Part shown: positions 1-13,517 of the stretch, in pieces | How the letters are laid out: every line of letters begins with the position of its first letter | How positions within the stretch are numbered: position 1 is the first letter of the stretch | From: Octopus bimaculoides | Lineage: Eukaryota | Assembly: GCF_001194135.2 (NCBI RefSeq) | Contig: NC_068998.1 | Coordinates: 49,748,455 to 49,812,454, forward strand | Length of the DNA stretch: 64,000 nt | Reading direction: 5' to 3' | Notes under the pieces: generated by a model | Databases searched by the model: none | Seen by the model: only the letters and a program-made list of their open reading frames with translations | What the model was told of the DNA's origin: nothing | Translations under genes and position numbers: made by a program

Positions 1-290
1 TTATTTCTGTTGCTCATAAATATTAACACGTGTACATGGATGCGTCGACATTTGGGTAACTATTCCGATTATGTACTTACTGTGTAAGGGGTGTTTTTCC
101 AGGTTACCTGGTACTGGTTTCGATTTCTCAAGTATTTAAGAAAGTACCCTTCACATGACAAAACTCGTTTTTTTAGTTCCTCTGTTTTAATAGAAATTTT
201 CCCAAAGTCGTTTTGTGAAGTTTTTGTTCCATCTCACCAATATTATTTGTTTGAGTTCGTTTTGTGGAGAATTCTTCTTAGTGTACCGTC

Positions 291-292
291 AA

Positions 293-350
<58 letters not shown>

Positions 351-766
351 GTTATTGGTATTATTATTGTTGTTGTTGTTATTTGAGGTATTCTAGCTCG
401 TTTCGTCTTAACATTTGAGAGTTTCAAGCAGTATTCTACATCACCGGCTACGCGTACCTCTTTCTGAAATCTTTACAGCATTGTGTTTTCCTTTTTTTCT
501 TCTTCTTTTGTAGTTGTGGGGCCGGCACAAACTCTTGCAGGTATTGTATTGCATCAGTTTGTTTTGTGATGCGATTTCAATGCAGTCCTGTGTGTAATTA
601 GTGTTTTGGGGGTATTATGTGTGTTGTGCGTGTAATGGGAGTAGTGTTCTTCTTTTGGCTATGAAGTCTGAAAATTAATTGTTCCTGGGTTGAAGAAGAA
701 GAAGAAGAAGAAGAAGAAGAAGAAGAAGAAGAAGAAGAAGAAGAAGAAGAAGAAGAAGAAGAAGAA
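291..766. repeat. (TTA)n at about 291-380 and (GAA)n at about 692-766
   Basis: Direct inspection. Confidence 0.95.
360..690 (-). mobile_element. Degenerate retroelement 3'-end relic (possibly Penelope-like) between microsatellites
   Basis: The minus strand ends with a ggtgatgtagaa...gacgaaacgagc..aata motif resembling Penelope-like 3' termini. No intact ORF. Confidence 0.25.
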
Positions 767-3299
767 ATAGTCTCTGTTATAAGATTGCGCCTGAAATAGT
801 AAGAAATGTTTTTAGTAATATTCGTATTTCAGGATATTATAAATTTTGGTTTAGTATGAAATTAAAAACACAAAATAAGACCTAAATGCAGGTTCAGCGA
901 TGTAATCTTTATTTATAAATATCTCATTAAGTAACTTGAAGCTGCAATAGACAAGAGAAGTTCCGTCATGCCCTGTAAAGAAAAATAAATACAAACACTA
1001 ATGAAACAAATTTTTCGGTGAAAGTTTAGCTGAAAGTTGATTATTTAATTTGCTCGATATGTCTCAGGATTTACCAGCCTTGTTACAGATATAATTGATT
1101 GTGTATAACACTGATATCTAGTTACTATTTTCGAAAGATATTAATGCTGGACAAAATGACCTCAGTCGGTAAAGACGGACATACTGCTTTTGGCGTTTTG
1201 TCCGTATTTACAATTTGAGTTACAATTTCACAGTGGTCAACTTTGCATTCCGTCCAACTGATGTCGATGAAATAAATACGCTTTGAACACTGGGAGTCGA
1301 TGTAATCGATATACTTATCTACCGAACTTGCCGCCCTTGTGTCAAAATTTGAAATCAATAAATTTAATGAACTTCTGTATTTACGTTCTGTTACAATTAT
1401 ATAATGATATTCTACTGATACAATTATAACTCTGTTGTGTATTATGATATTATAACGTAGTGTCGGCACGTCTGCGAAATAAAAAAATAACCTATTGGTG
1501 CATAACATTTAGAACTTTCTTAACTGTGAATATTGCATAAATATTCCTTCATTCATACTTCTCTGTCCCTGAATATAGCTATAGCATTCGTGAAGTGGAT
1601 ATATTCTAAAACGTAATTCATGAAATTGCGAATGTCACATGGATATAATTTTTCTCGAATTCTACTTAAATATCACAAAACGTGTTAATGTAGTATTTCT
1701 ATATTCACATTGACGATGATTTCCGGTGACATAATACAATGTTATTGGGAAGATATTAAATTTTGGTGATGTAATTTGGCATAATGTATAGATTTTACTC
1801 ACCTTTTTCTGGGCAGTTCCACCGTTTTGACTCTGAAAGCAAGTGGTAAAAGAGTATATATATATATATATACGTGCATATATGACATAAAATCATGACA
1901 ATTTTTTCTATTTCTCTGCAAAACAAGCTTAAAAGATTTTCTTACTAGGAATGTATACATCACTTGACCAATTATGGATGAAAAGCGGCTATGCATTTCA
2001 TATACTTGACACATCCAGTAATTTAAGAGAAGTGGAGCTCCTTCTTCACATTTTATGTGTATTTTACTCTTTATGTAATATAGTTGAAATTGATTTTGCT
2101 AACTATTCAGACATGAGATGAAATTTCCGCACATACATTTCTACATAGTATTATCAGCATATAGACTTCTACTAATCCCTCCTTCCATGCTTTAGACTCA
2201 AAGAGACCGAAGGCACGTATTCGAAGAACAGTGAAAGATGCAGCTACATCAAATGCCGTAGAACATAAATCTTTCATTTATTAAAAGTTTCTTTCCCCAC
2301 GGAGGATGTTTAAGAACCACAAAATAGAATTTATTAACAATATCTACGTGCGAATGGGAAAAACTATATTAAAAGGAATACTCTAATTTGGATATGCCCT
2401 TAAAAAAACGGCCCACTTAGAATCTAGAAGTATGCCGACCGACGTATTTACATGTTTCTGCTTCAACCAGCACCGCAAAAACCAAGTTATACACTGCGGG
2501 TGCGTAGATATTTCTCAAATCGCATCAATCACTGGATTGTATCATGTAATAAGAATCGCATTTCAAGTGACAAGCATTATTAACTATTTCCAAGCTCCGA
2601 CTTGATGAGATACGAAATTAAATTAGGAAATCTCTGACGTTCTATAAATTTCGTTCATTCTTTTCCTCCCTAGGTTTACTATAGAAATAGTTGAGTTTTA
2701 CACAACAATGTAGGCAGGTCCAGACAATTGCCTACAAGAGTAGCTAATGATAAAATAAAGCATCAAAATGAAATACGGCAAAATACTGAACGACAAGTTA
2801 TTACTTTAGACAACAATATATAAATAATGAATATATCTTACAGCACACGCTTTGAGAAGGTAGTTATCATAAAATTTAGCACAGTCGTGAGTTGTATCAT
2901 AAAAACACTTAGAATCATTCTTAAGTATACTGCAAAACAATCGAAATACAGGAATTATACACAAAATTGAACACGTATGGGGTGCATGATAGATATTTCG
3001 AAACATGTTTAGGAAAGGCAGTTACAACAAACATAGAATATTTTAATGTTTGTATAAAATCTGTTTCAATATGATAAGCATATCTGACAACATTTGTTAT
3101 TCTGTATTGAAGGTGACGGCTGTAATTAGATTTTAAACTCATCACATGAGTAAACGCTGCTTGTTACAGCTGACAAGTTTACAGAATGCAGCCGAGATCT
3201 GCACACAGTTTGGAGGCTCACTATAGAAAAGTGCTGGGTTACACTGGGCGAACACTATGCAGAAACATGTTAAAAGCTTCTATCTTTAGCGATTATCTG

Positions 3300-3660
3300 T
3301 TTCTTGTCTCCACAAGAATCAAGGTAAAACTAGCGGCATCATGTACAACCACTGAGTTTCATTTGGGCAGATGGTCACGAAAGAGTAATCTGCACAGGTT
3401 TTAGGTGTGTTCGGTGTGAGACTTCTATGTTAAAGGCCAGAATATTTTCATCAGACCAGTGCACCAATCTAGATGTTCTACCTCGTAACCAACTTCTTAT
3501 CTCACATGGGCACGAAAACTGTCACTCCCCCTACCTGCCAAGTAGATCTTGCCCCCTGTGGTATTTAGTTGTTCTCAAGATGGATTTTAAATGATAAAGG
3601 AGACCTGAAAAGGCTCATGGACACTGTCAATTTCTAGTGCTCCCGTGGAGAATTCACGCA
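3300..3660 (+). mobile_element. Mariner transposase relic (DDD domain fragment)
   Basis: Frameshifted translation gives FHQTSAP (cf. HQDNAP), LVTNFLSHMGTKTV and DLAPCG.*LF (cf. YSPDLAPCDFWLF). Confidence 0.7.
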
Positions 3661-3863
3661 GAGTTTGGATAAAAATGTATTACTTATTTTGTAGTTTCTA
3701 TCATTTTAAAAACTTCTTTTAAATTTAGGTTACATCTATTTTATAGATCTAACAAATGAGTTTGAGTATGAAATATCGATTTAAAAGATGAATGATAATA
3801 TCACACACGCATATACGCACAAAAAATGCACGCGCGCACATATATATGCATAAATGTATGCAT

Positions 3864-3865
3864 AC

Positions 3866-3931
<66 letters not shown>

Positions 3932-3959
3932 CATCATTATAAAAATAATAATAATAATA

Positions 3960-3992
<33 letters not shown>
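3864..3992. repeat. (TAT)n/(AAT)n microsatellite
   Basis: Direct inspection. Confidence 0.95.
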
Positions 3993-5021
3993 TTATGTTT
4001 GACTTTTGTTTTGACTATTATTATTTCGTAGATCTATTAGAATCATTTTATTAAGTAATATGAGACTAAAGATTTATATAATAACATCTCTTATAATCAG
4101 GTTAAATTATATTCCATTATAATCTAATTCTAAAGTAGCTATAATTAACTTAAATTGGTAACCGTTCTNNNNNNNNNNNNNNNNNNNNNNNNNNNNNNNN
4201 NNNNNNNNNNNNNNNNNNNNNNNNNNNNNNNNNNNNNNNNNNNNNNNNNNNNNNNNNNNNNNNNNNNNNNNNNNNNNNNNNNNNNNNNNNNNNNNNNNNN
4301 NNNNNNNNNNNNNNNNNNNNNNNNNNNNNNNNNNNNNNNNNNNNNNNNNNNNNNNNNNNNNNNTATATATATATGTATGTATATATGTCTATATATATGT
4401 GTTGTGTATTGCTATCTTTATATATGCATATGCATCTATGTATACATGTATGAGCATATGTCTGTAGGTATATTATACATACATATGAGTGAGGGTGTAT
4501 GTGTGTGTATGATAAACATTTGTATTCTTGTGATAAAATAATTGTAGTTTAGGAAAAGAGTAATTATGATAATGATATTTAAATGATAAGGAAGTTTTAA
4601 AGTAATGCTATTTTATATTGAATGATTTTAAATATAATTATATTGACTTATATCAAATGCTTAACTAGAGCGTATTCTATATATTATATATTTCTATTGT
4701 CATAATCTGAAAGCATGGAATTATAAACATATTGATTTAAAGAGAATTAATTCCCTAGAAAATAAGATATTCGTATATACTATTATGATATTATCTTTTA
4801 GAAACTTTCTTTGTGATATAAACTACGTAATTTTCAATTATTGCAATGCTAAGTATGTACAAAGACATTTATTGTAAACGATATTCGGCCGAAATGTTAT
4901 GGGGTTTTAGAAATTGAAAAGCAAACTATGTTAAAGTGTTACCTAGTGTAATTGGACTTTAGGTCACAGAACATTCACTAAAGTAGCACCTAAATATGTA
5001 TGTATAGGCATACGTGTACAG

Positions 5022-5062
<41 letters not shown>

Positions 5063-6269
5063 NNNNNNNNNNNNNNNNNNNNNNNNNNNNNNNNNNNNNN
5101 NNNNNNNNNNNNNNNNNNNNNNNNNNNNNNNNNNNNNNNNNNNNNNNNNNNNNNNNNNNNNNNNNNNNNNNNNNNNNNNNNNNNNNNNNNNNNNNNNNNN
5201 NNNNNNNNNNNNNNNNNNNNNNNNNNNNNNNNNNNNNNNNNNNNNNNNNNNNNNNNNNNNNNNNNNNNNNNNNNNNNNNNNNNNNNNNNNNNNCGTGTGC
5301 GTATGTGGGTGTGTGTGCGTGCGCGTGTGTGTGTGTATTTGCGCTTTCCCTTCTTTTGTGAGACGAGTGAGAGAGAGAGAGAGAAAGTCGAGCAGATTCG
5401 ACAGATATATAATGACGGGAGAAATAAGTAGAATTAAGTAGCATTAATATTTCGTATTATAAATACTTAGCATAGTATTAAAAGTAGTCGTGCGAATATA
5501 TATACCGGCAAAGATATTCTTGTTGGGGAATCGCTTTGAAAATCCAGTGGGGATAATTACATGTTTTTTCAAACTGATGAGGACAAGAATCTTTCATCTC
5601 CACACCTAATTTAAAAAACAAAAGCAAAAAATATAAGATAAGATTTAAAAAAAAATTATGCCAGTAAATGTCAAAATTAAATGTGTTTTATTATGACGTA
5701 TGCAAATGAAGAAATAGTCACTGGTACGTTTTCAATTATAGATTTGCTTAAGCATGTATATTCAAATACATTTGCATGAATATTTAGATACCAAATTGTC
5801 TGTTGCAAGTACTTCACAGCCTAAAATGGAAATTCTTTCATTATCTGACATTGTTGCGTCTCAATAATTAAAATATATATTTTTTTATATCTTAAGAATT
5901 AGAGAGATGTGAAAAAATTAGTTTATGACATTATATCACAGTACATGAATTTATAAATAATCCTATCTACTACAGGACAAGGTCTGAACTTTAGTGGGAT
6001 GGAATTATACCGACCCCAGTGTTTCTCTAGTACTTAATTTATCATGTCAAAAAATGTAAAGAAAATTCGACCACGGTAGAAATTGAACTCAGAAAAAGCG
6101 ACGGGCGAAACGCTGCTACACATTTTGCCCAGCGGGTTTAGGATACTTTGAGTACGCCGCCTTAATGTGTTTCCGACCAAAAACAACATAGCATCGCTTC
6201 CACACCCCACTATTTACAAGATTTAACACCTGCGATTTCCATCGCTTCTCAAAAAAAAAAGTAGCTCAG

Positions 6270-6452
6270 TGGTCACCATTTTCATGGCGTTGACCAGGGC
6301 GAATCGCATAAGGCCGTCGACTAGCTTCTGGATAACGACTTCCAGACCGGATTTGAAATGTAGAAGAAACGCTGGGATCGTATGTATGAGCAAATAAGTC
6401 AACTTCTGTTACACAGATGTAGTCCAGGAACTGTTGTATACCACCTCGTACA
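6270..6452 (+). mobile_element. Mariner 3'-end relic with right TIR
   Basis: FQTGFEM*KKRWDRM resembles the mariner C-terminal F..CF..W..RW motif. It ends in ...ccacctcgTA, the reverse complement of the TAcgagg mariner terminus. Confidence 0.5.
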
Positions 6453-6496
<44 letters not shown>

Positions 6497-7016
6497 AGTA
6501 AAAATAAATACAAAAAAGGTGGGGTTCTTTGTATGATTGTGTATAGAGGAATATATTATTTTGCTTAAAAGAGTTCCAACACTGTCTGTTTTTTATGTTT
6601 TATTTAGATTCCTGCAGAACTAATGTGGGGTATAGAATATGGAATATACAATATAAAATATGATATACAATATACAATATAGAATAAAATAAAATAAAAA
6701 TGGATGGCACCATGAAAGAAAGTATTGAATGTAGATGAAATATTGAGTGTTCAATATAAAGGATCAAATATATAAATATATAAATATAAATATATATATA
6801 TAAAGGCGACTCGAGTTTCAGGGCTATTTCCCTTCGTCATGGCCGGTATGACAGACTTTAACAGACTATATATATATATATATGTATATATAGGGAGCAA
6901 AAATACTGAAGGTTCAGTAAACAACTTTCATATATATATGCATATATGAAAGGGAAAAGTATATATATGACTTGTCTTTAATTATCTATGAAGTTTGACA
7001 AATTTATATATCTCTA

Positions 7017-7409
7017 GAGCGGTTCAGTACAACTCAACACCGCCAACTTAACACCGCCGACATAGCACTGCCGTCTCAACGCCAGGACTACTCAACACGA
7101 AGACAACTCAGCACCAAGAAAATTCATTAATAAATATAATTTATTCGTTTTATGATATTAGGTATTTATAAAAGATTAATTTGGTACATGACATTAACTT
7201 TCTGATAATGTTTCGAATTTCTAAAGTTCTGCTTTCTTTTTTATTCATGACATGTATTAAGATTAATGCTTTTATAAATTTCTAATAAAGTCATGAAACG
7301 AATAAATTACTTATTCATAAATTGTCCTGACGTTGAGTTGTCCAGTCGTTGAGGCGGTTTCGAGTCGGCAGTGTTGAGTTTGCTGTTAGTGAGTTGTCCC
7401 TATTCGTTC
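7017..7409. mobile_element. Fold-back (hairpin) MITE of about 390 bp with TA flanks
   Basis: The left arm (acaactcaacac repeats, then aatttattcgttttatga...tttataaaagattaat) is an imperfect inverted copy of the right arm. TA lies at 7015-7016 and 7410-7411. Confidence 0.7.
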
Positions 7410-7469
7410 TAAGCCACATCATCATTAGACTTGTTGCCGTTTCACAGTTCTTATCTTCTAATGGTGGAG

Positions 7470-7782
7470 GTGCAATGGCCCAGTGGTTAGGGCAGCGGTC
7501 TCACGGTCGTAGGATCGCGGTTTCGATTCCCAGACCGGGCGTTGTGAGTGTTATTCAGCGAAAACACCTAAAGCTCCACGAGGCTCCGGCAGGGGATGGT
7601 GGCGAACCCTGCTGTACTCTTTCACCACAACTTTCTCTCACTCTTACTTCCTGTTTCTGTTGTGCCTGTAATTTAAAGGGTCGGCCTTGTCACACTGTGT
7701 CACGCTGAATCTCCCCCGAGAACTACGTTAAGGGTACACGTGTCTGTGGAGTGCTCCGCCATTTGCACGTTAATTTCATGAA
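7470..7782 (+). mobile_element. tRNA-derived SINE
   Basis: Pol III A box (tggcccagtgg) and B box (ggtttcgattcc) head, followed by a non-tRNA body. Confidence 0.8.
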
Positions 7783-7863
7783 CTTCGCTAACTAAAAGAT
7801 ACAGTATTAGATGCACCGTACGTTGCTGTAGTATACTGACGTGTATGTGTATGCGTGTGCATG

Positions 7864-7904
<41 letters not shown>

Positions 7905-9206
7905 NNNNNNNNNNNNNNNNNNNNNNNNNNNNNNNNNNNNNNNNNNNNNNNNNNNNNNNNNNNNNNNNNNNNNNNNNNNNNNNNNNNNNNNNNNNNNNNN
8001 NNNNNNNNNNNNNNNNNNNNNNNNNNNNNNNNNNNNNNNNNNNNNNNNNNNNNNNNNNNNNNNNNNNNNNNNNNNNNNNNNNNNNNNNNNNNNNNNNNNN
8101 NNNNNNNNNNNNNNNNNNNNNNNNNNNNNNNNNNNNNNNNNNNNNNNNNNNNNNNNNNNNNNNNNNNNNNNNNNNNNNNNNNNNNNNNNNNNNNNNNNNN
8201 NNNNNNNNNNNNNNNNNNNNNNNNNNNNNNNNNNNNNNNNNNNNNNNNNNNNNNNNNNNNNNNNNNNNNNNNNNNNNNNNNNNNNNNNNNNNNNNNNNNN
8301 NNNNNNNNNNNNNNNNNNNNNNNNNNNNTTTATATTTATATACATATATATAGATAAATTCATAGATAGAGCGTTGTATGTATATATATATATAATTACA
8401 CACATACATATACATATGCATATGTATTTGAATAAATGTTTTTGTGTATATATAAATGTGTGTGCGTGCGTGTGCGTATAAGGACAGTGTAGAGAAGGAT
8501 AGAAAGAGAGGGAAAAAAGAGAAATATTGTTAGATGAATGTTTTCATGTGAAGGACAATGGACAAAAATTGTAATGTACATTCTTACCACAAATGAGAAA
8601 CGCAATGAAGATGTAGATTTTCATCGTCAGTGTTCTGTTATTCTTAAGGTTTTTAACGCTCTTGGGCACGTAAAAATCTTTTATAAATGAAAAACGAAGG
8701 TAACACATGTTTTGTTCATAACTGGTAAATACATATTTGATCTGTTACTTGATTTACGTGCCCATGACGTTGAAGGGTAATGATTTACATTCCCTATTAA
8801 TATGTCAATTTCTTTGAACTTTTTTTTTGGGGGAAATATATTTGAAATGAAAGTTATATACTGTTATAGATAAAGTAATTGGGTTTCCTGATGTCTTCCG
8901 GAGTTCCATGTTGAATCACAGAATAGTCCTTATAAACGTTACTATTAAACCTAGGTTTATTAAAATCTAGGTAACAAAAACATAAACTCCGATTTCCCCC
9001 AAAAATCGCATGCAATTATCTTGTTGATGTTTAACTTGAGGAAATGTATCATATAATTACTTCAACATTAATATGATTAAATTATGACGGTAATTTTACT
9101 TTAAAATTTTAGAAATTTAAACATCGTTTCAACATTTTAATTCTTAATTATAATTGCTTTTCAAATAATATAACATTCAATCTATTTAGGATATTTGATA
9201 GATATA

Positions 9207-9510
9207 CAGGGTGTGAGTGGTATTTGAAGACATTTCGTTTTTAGTCCATTACACCTTTAAATTATTTGATGTATCTTTGTTTTTCAGATAACCCTTTCAA
9301 GATACCATGCTAACCCAAGAAATGAAAAGACATGCAATTTTAGTTGGTATATACGCAAACCAAAGTGATTTAGAAATTAGGAACTTTCTAAATGTTGTAA
9401 GATCATTTGTACACAAATTCGATTGGAATTGGAGGCGTGTAATAGTATTGTTTCACCTGTCTCAAAAAATAAAAAAAGTGATAGATTCACAAAAATCCAA
9501 AATGTGATTT
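9207..9510 (+). mobile_element. Tc1/mariner-type 5' relic (left TIR plus N-terminal HTH fragment)
   Basis: TA+cagggtg terminus. ORF 9307-9507, MKRHAILVGIYANQSDLEIRNFLNVVRSFVHK, resembles Tc1/mariner N-terminal HTH regions. Confidence 0.55.
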
Positions 9511-10333
9511 TACTATATCCAACATATAGTGGGACCATATCGATACTATCTTCTCTATGATGCACCAAACACTTTAACTGGCAAAAATCAAGTACTTGTT
9601 TCAGAAGGTAGATTAGAATTTCTTTTACAATATTATTTACTTTATGCAAACAAACTACGTTTATAAAAGTACATACCCATACATATATGCTAGTATATAT
9701 TCATATATNNNNNNNNNNNNNNNNNNNNNNNNNNNNNNNNNNNNNNNNNNNNNNNNNNNNNNNNNNNNNNNNNNNNNNNNNNNNNNNNNNNNNNNNNNNN
9801 NNNNNNNNNNNNNNNNNNNNNNNNNNNNNNNNNNNNNNNNNNNNNNNNNNNNNNNNNNNNNNNNNNNNNNNNNNNNNNNNNNNNNNNNNNNNNNNNNNNN
9901 NNNNNNNNNNNNNNNNNNNNNNNNNNNNNNNNNNNNNNNNNNNNNNNNNNNNNNNNNNNNNNNNNNNNNNNNNNNNNNNNNNNNNNNNNNNNNNNNNNNN
10001 NNNNNNNNNNNNNNNNNNNNNNNNNNNNNNNNNNNNNNNNNNNNNNNNNNNNNNNNNNNNNNNNNNNNNNNNNNNNNNNNNNNNNNNNNNNNNNNNNNNN
10101 NNNNNNNNNNNNNNNNNNNNNNNNNNNNNNNNNNNNNNNNNNNNNNNNNNNNNNNNNNNNNNNNNNNNNNNNNNNNNNNNNNNNNNNNNNNNNNNNNNNN
10201 NNNNNNNNNNNNNNNNNNNNNNNNNNNNNNNNNNNNNNNNNNNNNNNNNNNNNNNNNNNNNNNNNNNNNNNNNNNNNNNNNNNNNNNNNNNNNNNNNNNN
10301 NNNNNNNNNNNNNNNNNNNNNNNNNNNNNNNNN

Positions 10334-10366
<33 letters not shown>

Positions 10367-10689
10367 ACATATATATGTGTACATATATATATACTCACAA
10401 AATTTCATGCAAAACTTCAATGTCTTATGAACATCTGTCGTAACAAATTCAACTGAAATGTCAAATTTTAATGACAGCCATTATCAAAGTAGATAGTATA
10501 ATATGATGACGTGTCCACTTGCAGGTTTTCAATATTTATATAATAGTATCTTTTACACACACACGCACACACACAAACATACAGAAAGGCACACACACAT
10601 ATATATGATGGACTCTCCATTCGAAGATGGAGTATGAGTATTTAGCAATAGCTGCACGATCTGCATATATGGTTTGTTTTTAGAGGTCA

Positions 10690-10895
10690 AATGGTCGTGG
10701 CCCGCATTAATGTTCTCTCTCTCCATGCGATCGACGCTGTCTGAACAGGGGCACTGTGTACCAGACGTCAGGTTTCGAAGTGATCGCAGTGCAACATGAG
10801 GTGGGGTATTTTGCTCAAGAACACAGCGCACACCGGTTCGAGGAATTGAAACCACGGTCTTGCGATTGTAAATCCAAGACACTAACCACTAGGTC
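10690..10895 (-). mobile_element. tRNA-derived SINE (partial)
   Basis: The minus strand reads cctagtggttagtgtc...ggtttcaattcc (A and B boxes), then tgtgttcttgagcaa, which is shared with the copy at 57575-57957. Confidence 0.7.
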
Positions 10896-10913
10896 ACGTA
10901 TATTTGTACACAA

Positions 10914-10944
<31 letters not shown>

Positions 10945-10945
10945 A

Positions 10946-10990
<45 letters not shown>

Positions 10991-12644
10991 TGTACAGAAT
11001 TAAAAATACAGTAATCTTAATTATTATACAATATGGTAAATCCCTATTAAAGTGTTTGATATCAAGGAAATAATTAATTGTCACGATGTAGACTATCTGA
11101 GCTTCTATTAATAGTCCGAAACCCAGCGGACGCTGATCCAGCTGCAGATACAAATATCCCAGCGGCCACATTACCGGTTGCCACGTTGTATTGTTTGCAA
11201 ATACCTTAGAGGCCGCTATTCTGGTCGCCAGGTGCAGATACAAATTCCAGCTGCCGTTTGCCGGTCACTATTTTCTGCATTAGAAACCAAGCCGTAACTG
11301 CTGGTTCCACAGGCACCACAAGTATTGGTGATAAAAAAGAAAAACGAGTGGTAAGAACGACGTTGCGCTCTGTTTGGGATTTTATTTCAAAACGAGAGAC
11401 AGAAAACATTTTAGGGACACTAAATCATGTTTGTGGTACTTTTATCTTGGAACCTGGGGTGAGAGTGCCGAGGACAACGGGTATTTGGGGTTCAAATAGT
11501 TAAGCATAACGTAGAATTCTTAACTCTAATCTCTCTTTTTATAATTATCCAGCGAAGTCATCGAGAATTGTATATACTAATAATTATAATAATTTTTGAA
11601 ATAGAAAATTAGGTTAATACCTTTAACTAATGTTTCTTATATTAAATATATAGGTATTTAATTATCTCATCTGTTACTGTTATTCTTCAGTTATCCAGTG
11701 AAATCCTCAATAATTGTATACATTTAACCTGTGTACGTAAGCGAAAGTAGGGGATGGTAATCACTCATTTTGGTCTATTTGTTTGTGTTCTTGCAAAATT
11801 ACTGGAAAACTGCTCAACTTACGAAGGCATGTATATGTGTGTATGTGTGTTTGCGAGTGTGTGCATTCATAACCTGTGAATAAAGTCTGGAAAAACGTCA
11901 CATATCTTTTTTAAAATGCAATGAAAATTTAAAGAAATAAAACTAGAATAGTTTAACGCAGCTATTGTGTAACAATACTTGATTTGTGAACAATTTTCAC
12001 GGTTGCCATTTATAATAAAAATAACTTTTACTCAATTTCTTAAGCAACACAAAACAATGATATAAAATATTTAGATCACGCATGTTTTTGACAATCCATG
12101 GTGTGCATTAATTAACAAATAAATTTACATATTACTACAGTATTACGTGGATATTCATTATTTTTAATTTGGATGAATATTGCAGCCGATGCAACAAAGG
12201 AACTCTACCATAACCTTGTGGCTCTTCTTGGAAGGCAACAAGCATGTTATGGAGGGATTCTTGTAGCTACACAGTGTTTTCATGGCAACGATTTTCCTGT
12301 TATATTTTCCAGGATTAGTGTAATTATGAAAAACTGCGCATCATTCTTTTGTTTTTCTACTTTACAGAAATGTTTCCATCGTTACATGAGTTTTGTAAAA
12401 AAAAAAGTATGCAATTGCTGGACTACTAAATACATAATTTAGAAGACAAAGTAAAACAAAGCTTAACATTTCTTAAGATGCTCCTTCCAATTTTAGTTCA
12501 AGTGAAAATAAAATAAAATGAATTACACCATGTTAGAATATAACATGCGATATGCAAGGAGGGTGCACATCTGTTACAATTGATTTCTTTCATTTCATAA
12601 GGTAATTCAAAAAGCGCGGTACATCTTGACGTATACTCTCTCTT

Positions 12645-12810
12645 TTACTCTTTTACTTGTTTTAGTCATTTGACTGTGGCCATGCTAGAGCACCGCCTTT
12701 AGTCGAGCAAATCGACCCCAGGACTTATTCTTTGGAAGCCTAGTACTTATTCTATCGGTCTCTTTTGCCGAACCGCTAAGTTACTTACCACACAGCCACT
12801 CCTACGCCTA
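12645..12810 (-). mobile_element. Fragment of the abundant SINE family (other copies about 21065-21200, 27416-27497, 35590-35925, 45361-45422, 58938-59372, 62095-62385)
   Basis: The core gtcatttgactgtggccatgct.gagcaccgcctttagtcga...aatcgaccccaggacttattc recurs in both orientations across the window. Confidence 0.8.
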
Positions 12811-12824
12811 TACTGAAAAAGACA

Positions 12825-13223
12825 ATGAAAATATTTATTATCATTGCGTTTCTAATTTCAGGTAAGTATACAAATAGCCTGATACTTTTTTACACGCATT
12901 TAAACCTACCTCATAATCTTCTCCCCTCGTGAGATATCTCTCTAACTCTCACAATCGCTTTCTTGGTATATATGTAGGCATTAAATTGAGAAGAATTAAA
13001 ATGAGAAATCAAACAATTTCTTTGTTGCTTAATTTGATAACTCAATGTGTTGGCACAAGGTTTTTACAACTCATGTTTGTCATTTATTTGAAACACTAAG
13101 AATCGAATTCTTTCCTCTCACATCTCCAGATTTTTCACTAACAGCTCTTTTATATTTATGCAGGTCACAAGGGAATGCTTCTTCGTTATTGCAGTAAACA
13201 TTAAATTCTTGAGACATATGTAA
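12825..13223 (+). pseudogene. Possible collapsed sixth paralogue: family-like signal exon (12825-12861) and terminal exon (13164-13223), with no Cys exons between them
   Basis: A 37-nt ATG exon MKIFIIIAFLIS+G ends at a gtaagt donor. A 60-nt acceptor-flanked exon VTRECFFVIAVNIKFLRHM* has AATAAA at the stop. Both match the family exon sizes exactly but are only 302 bp apart and phase-incompatible. Confidence 0.45.
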
Positions 13224-13309
13224 ATAAAGTTTACAGTCTGTGTTTTAGCTATTTTGATTTAGTAGTTGTTACTCTGCCAGATTTGCGTATGATGAAAAAT
13301 TGCCATATT

Positions 13310-13517
13310 GGTGAAGTGAGGCAGGCGTGGAGCTGATAGAATCTTTAACACCTCAGGCAAATTACTTAATGGCATTTCGTTCTTCTTCACCCTGTAAGTT
13401 CAAATTCCGTCGAGGTCAAATTTATCATTCATTCTTCCGGGGCTGATGAAACAAATGCCAGCTGAGTACTGGAGTCGATGTAATCGATTTATACTTGTGC
13501 CAAAATTTGAAACCAAT
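13310..13517 (+). mobile_element. Fragment of a second dispersed SINE-like repeat (relatives about 1291-1359, 5990-6150, 18560-18830, 51940-52078)
   Basis: Recurrent motifs ttcaaattcc...tttcat and gtactggagtcgatgtaatcga...tgtgccaaaatttgaaaccaat. Confidence 0.6.

Noticed and set aside
1125-1508. 127-aa minus-strand ORF
   Set aside because: It overlaps a dispersed repeat fragment, has AT-rich low-complexity composition, and shows no recognisable motif.
11691-11736. Candidate exon LSSEILNNCIHLTC with good splice sites
   Set aside because: It does not fit the family Cys spacing or exon types, and no partner exons were found nearby.
12850-12867. Recursive-splicing-like site (pyrimidine tract, CAG, GTAAGT)
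   Set aside because: Better explained as the 3' end of a 37-nt signal-peptide exon, whose hydrophobic codons are naturally T-rich.
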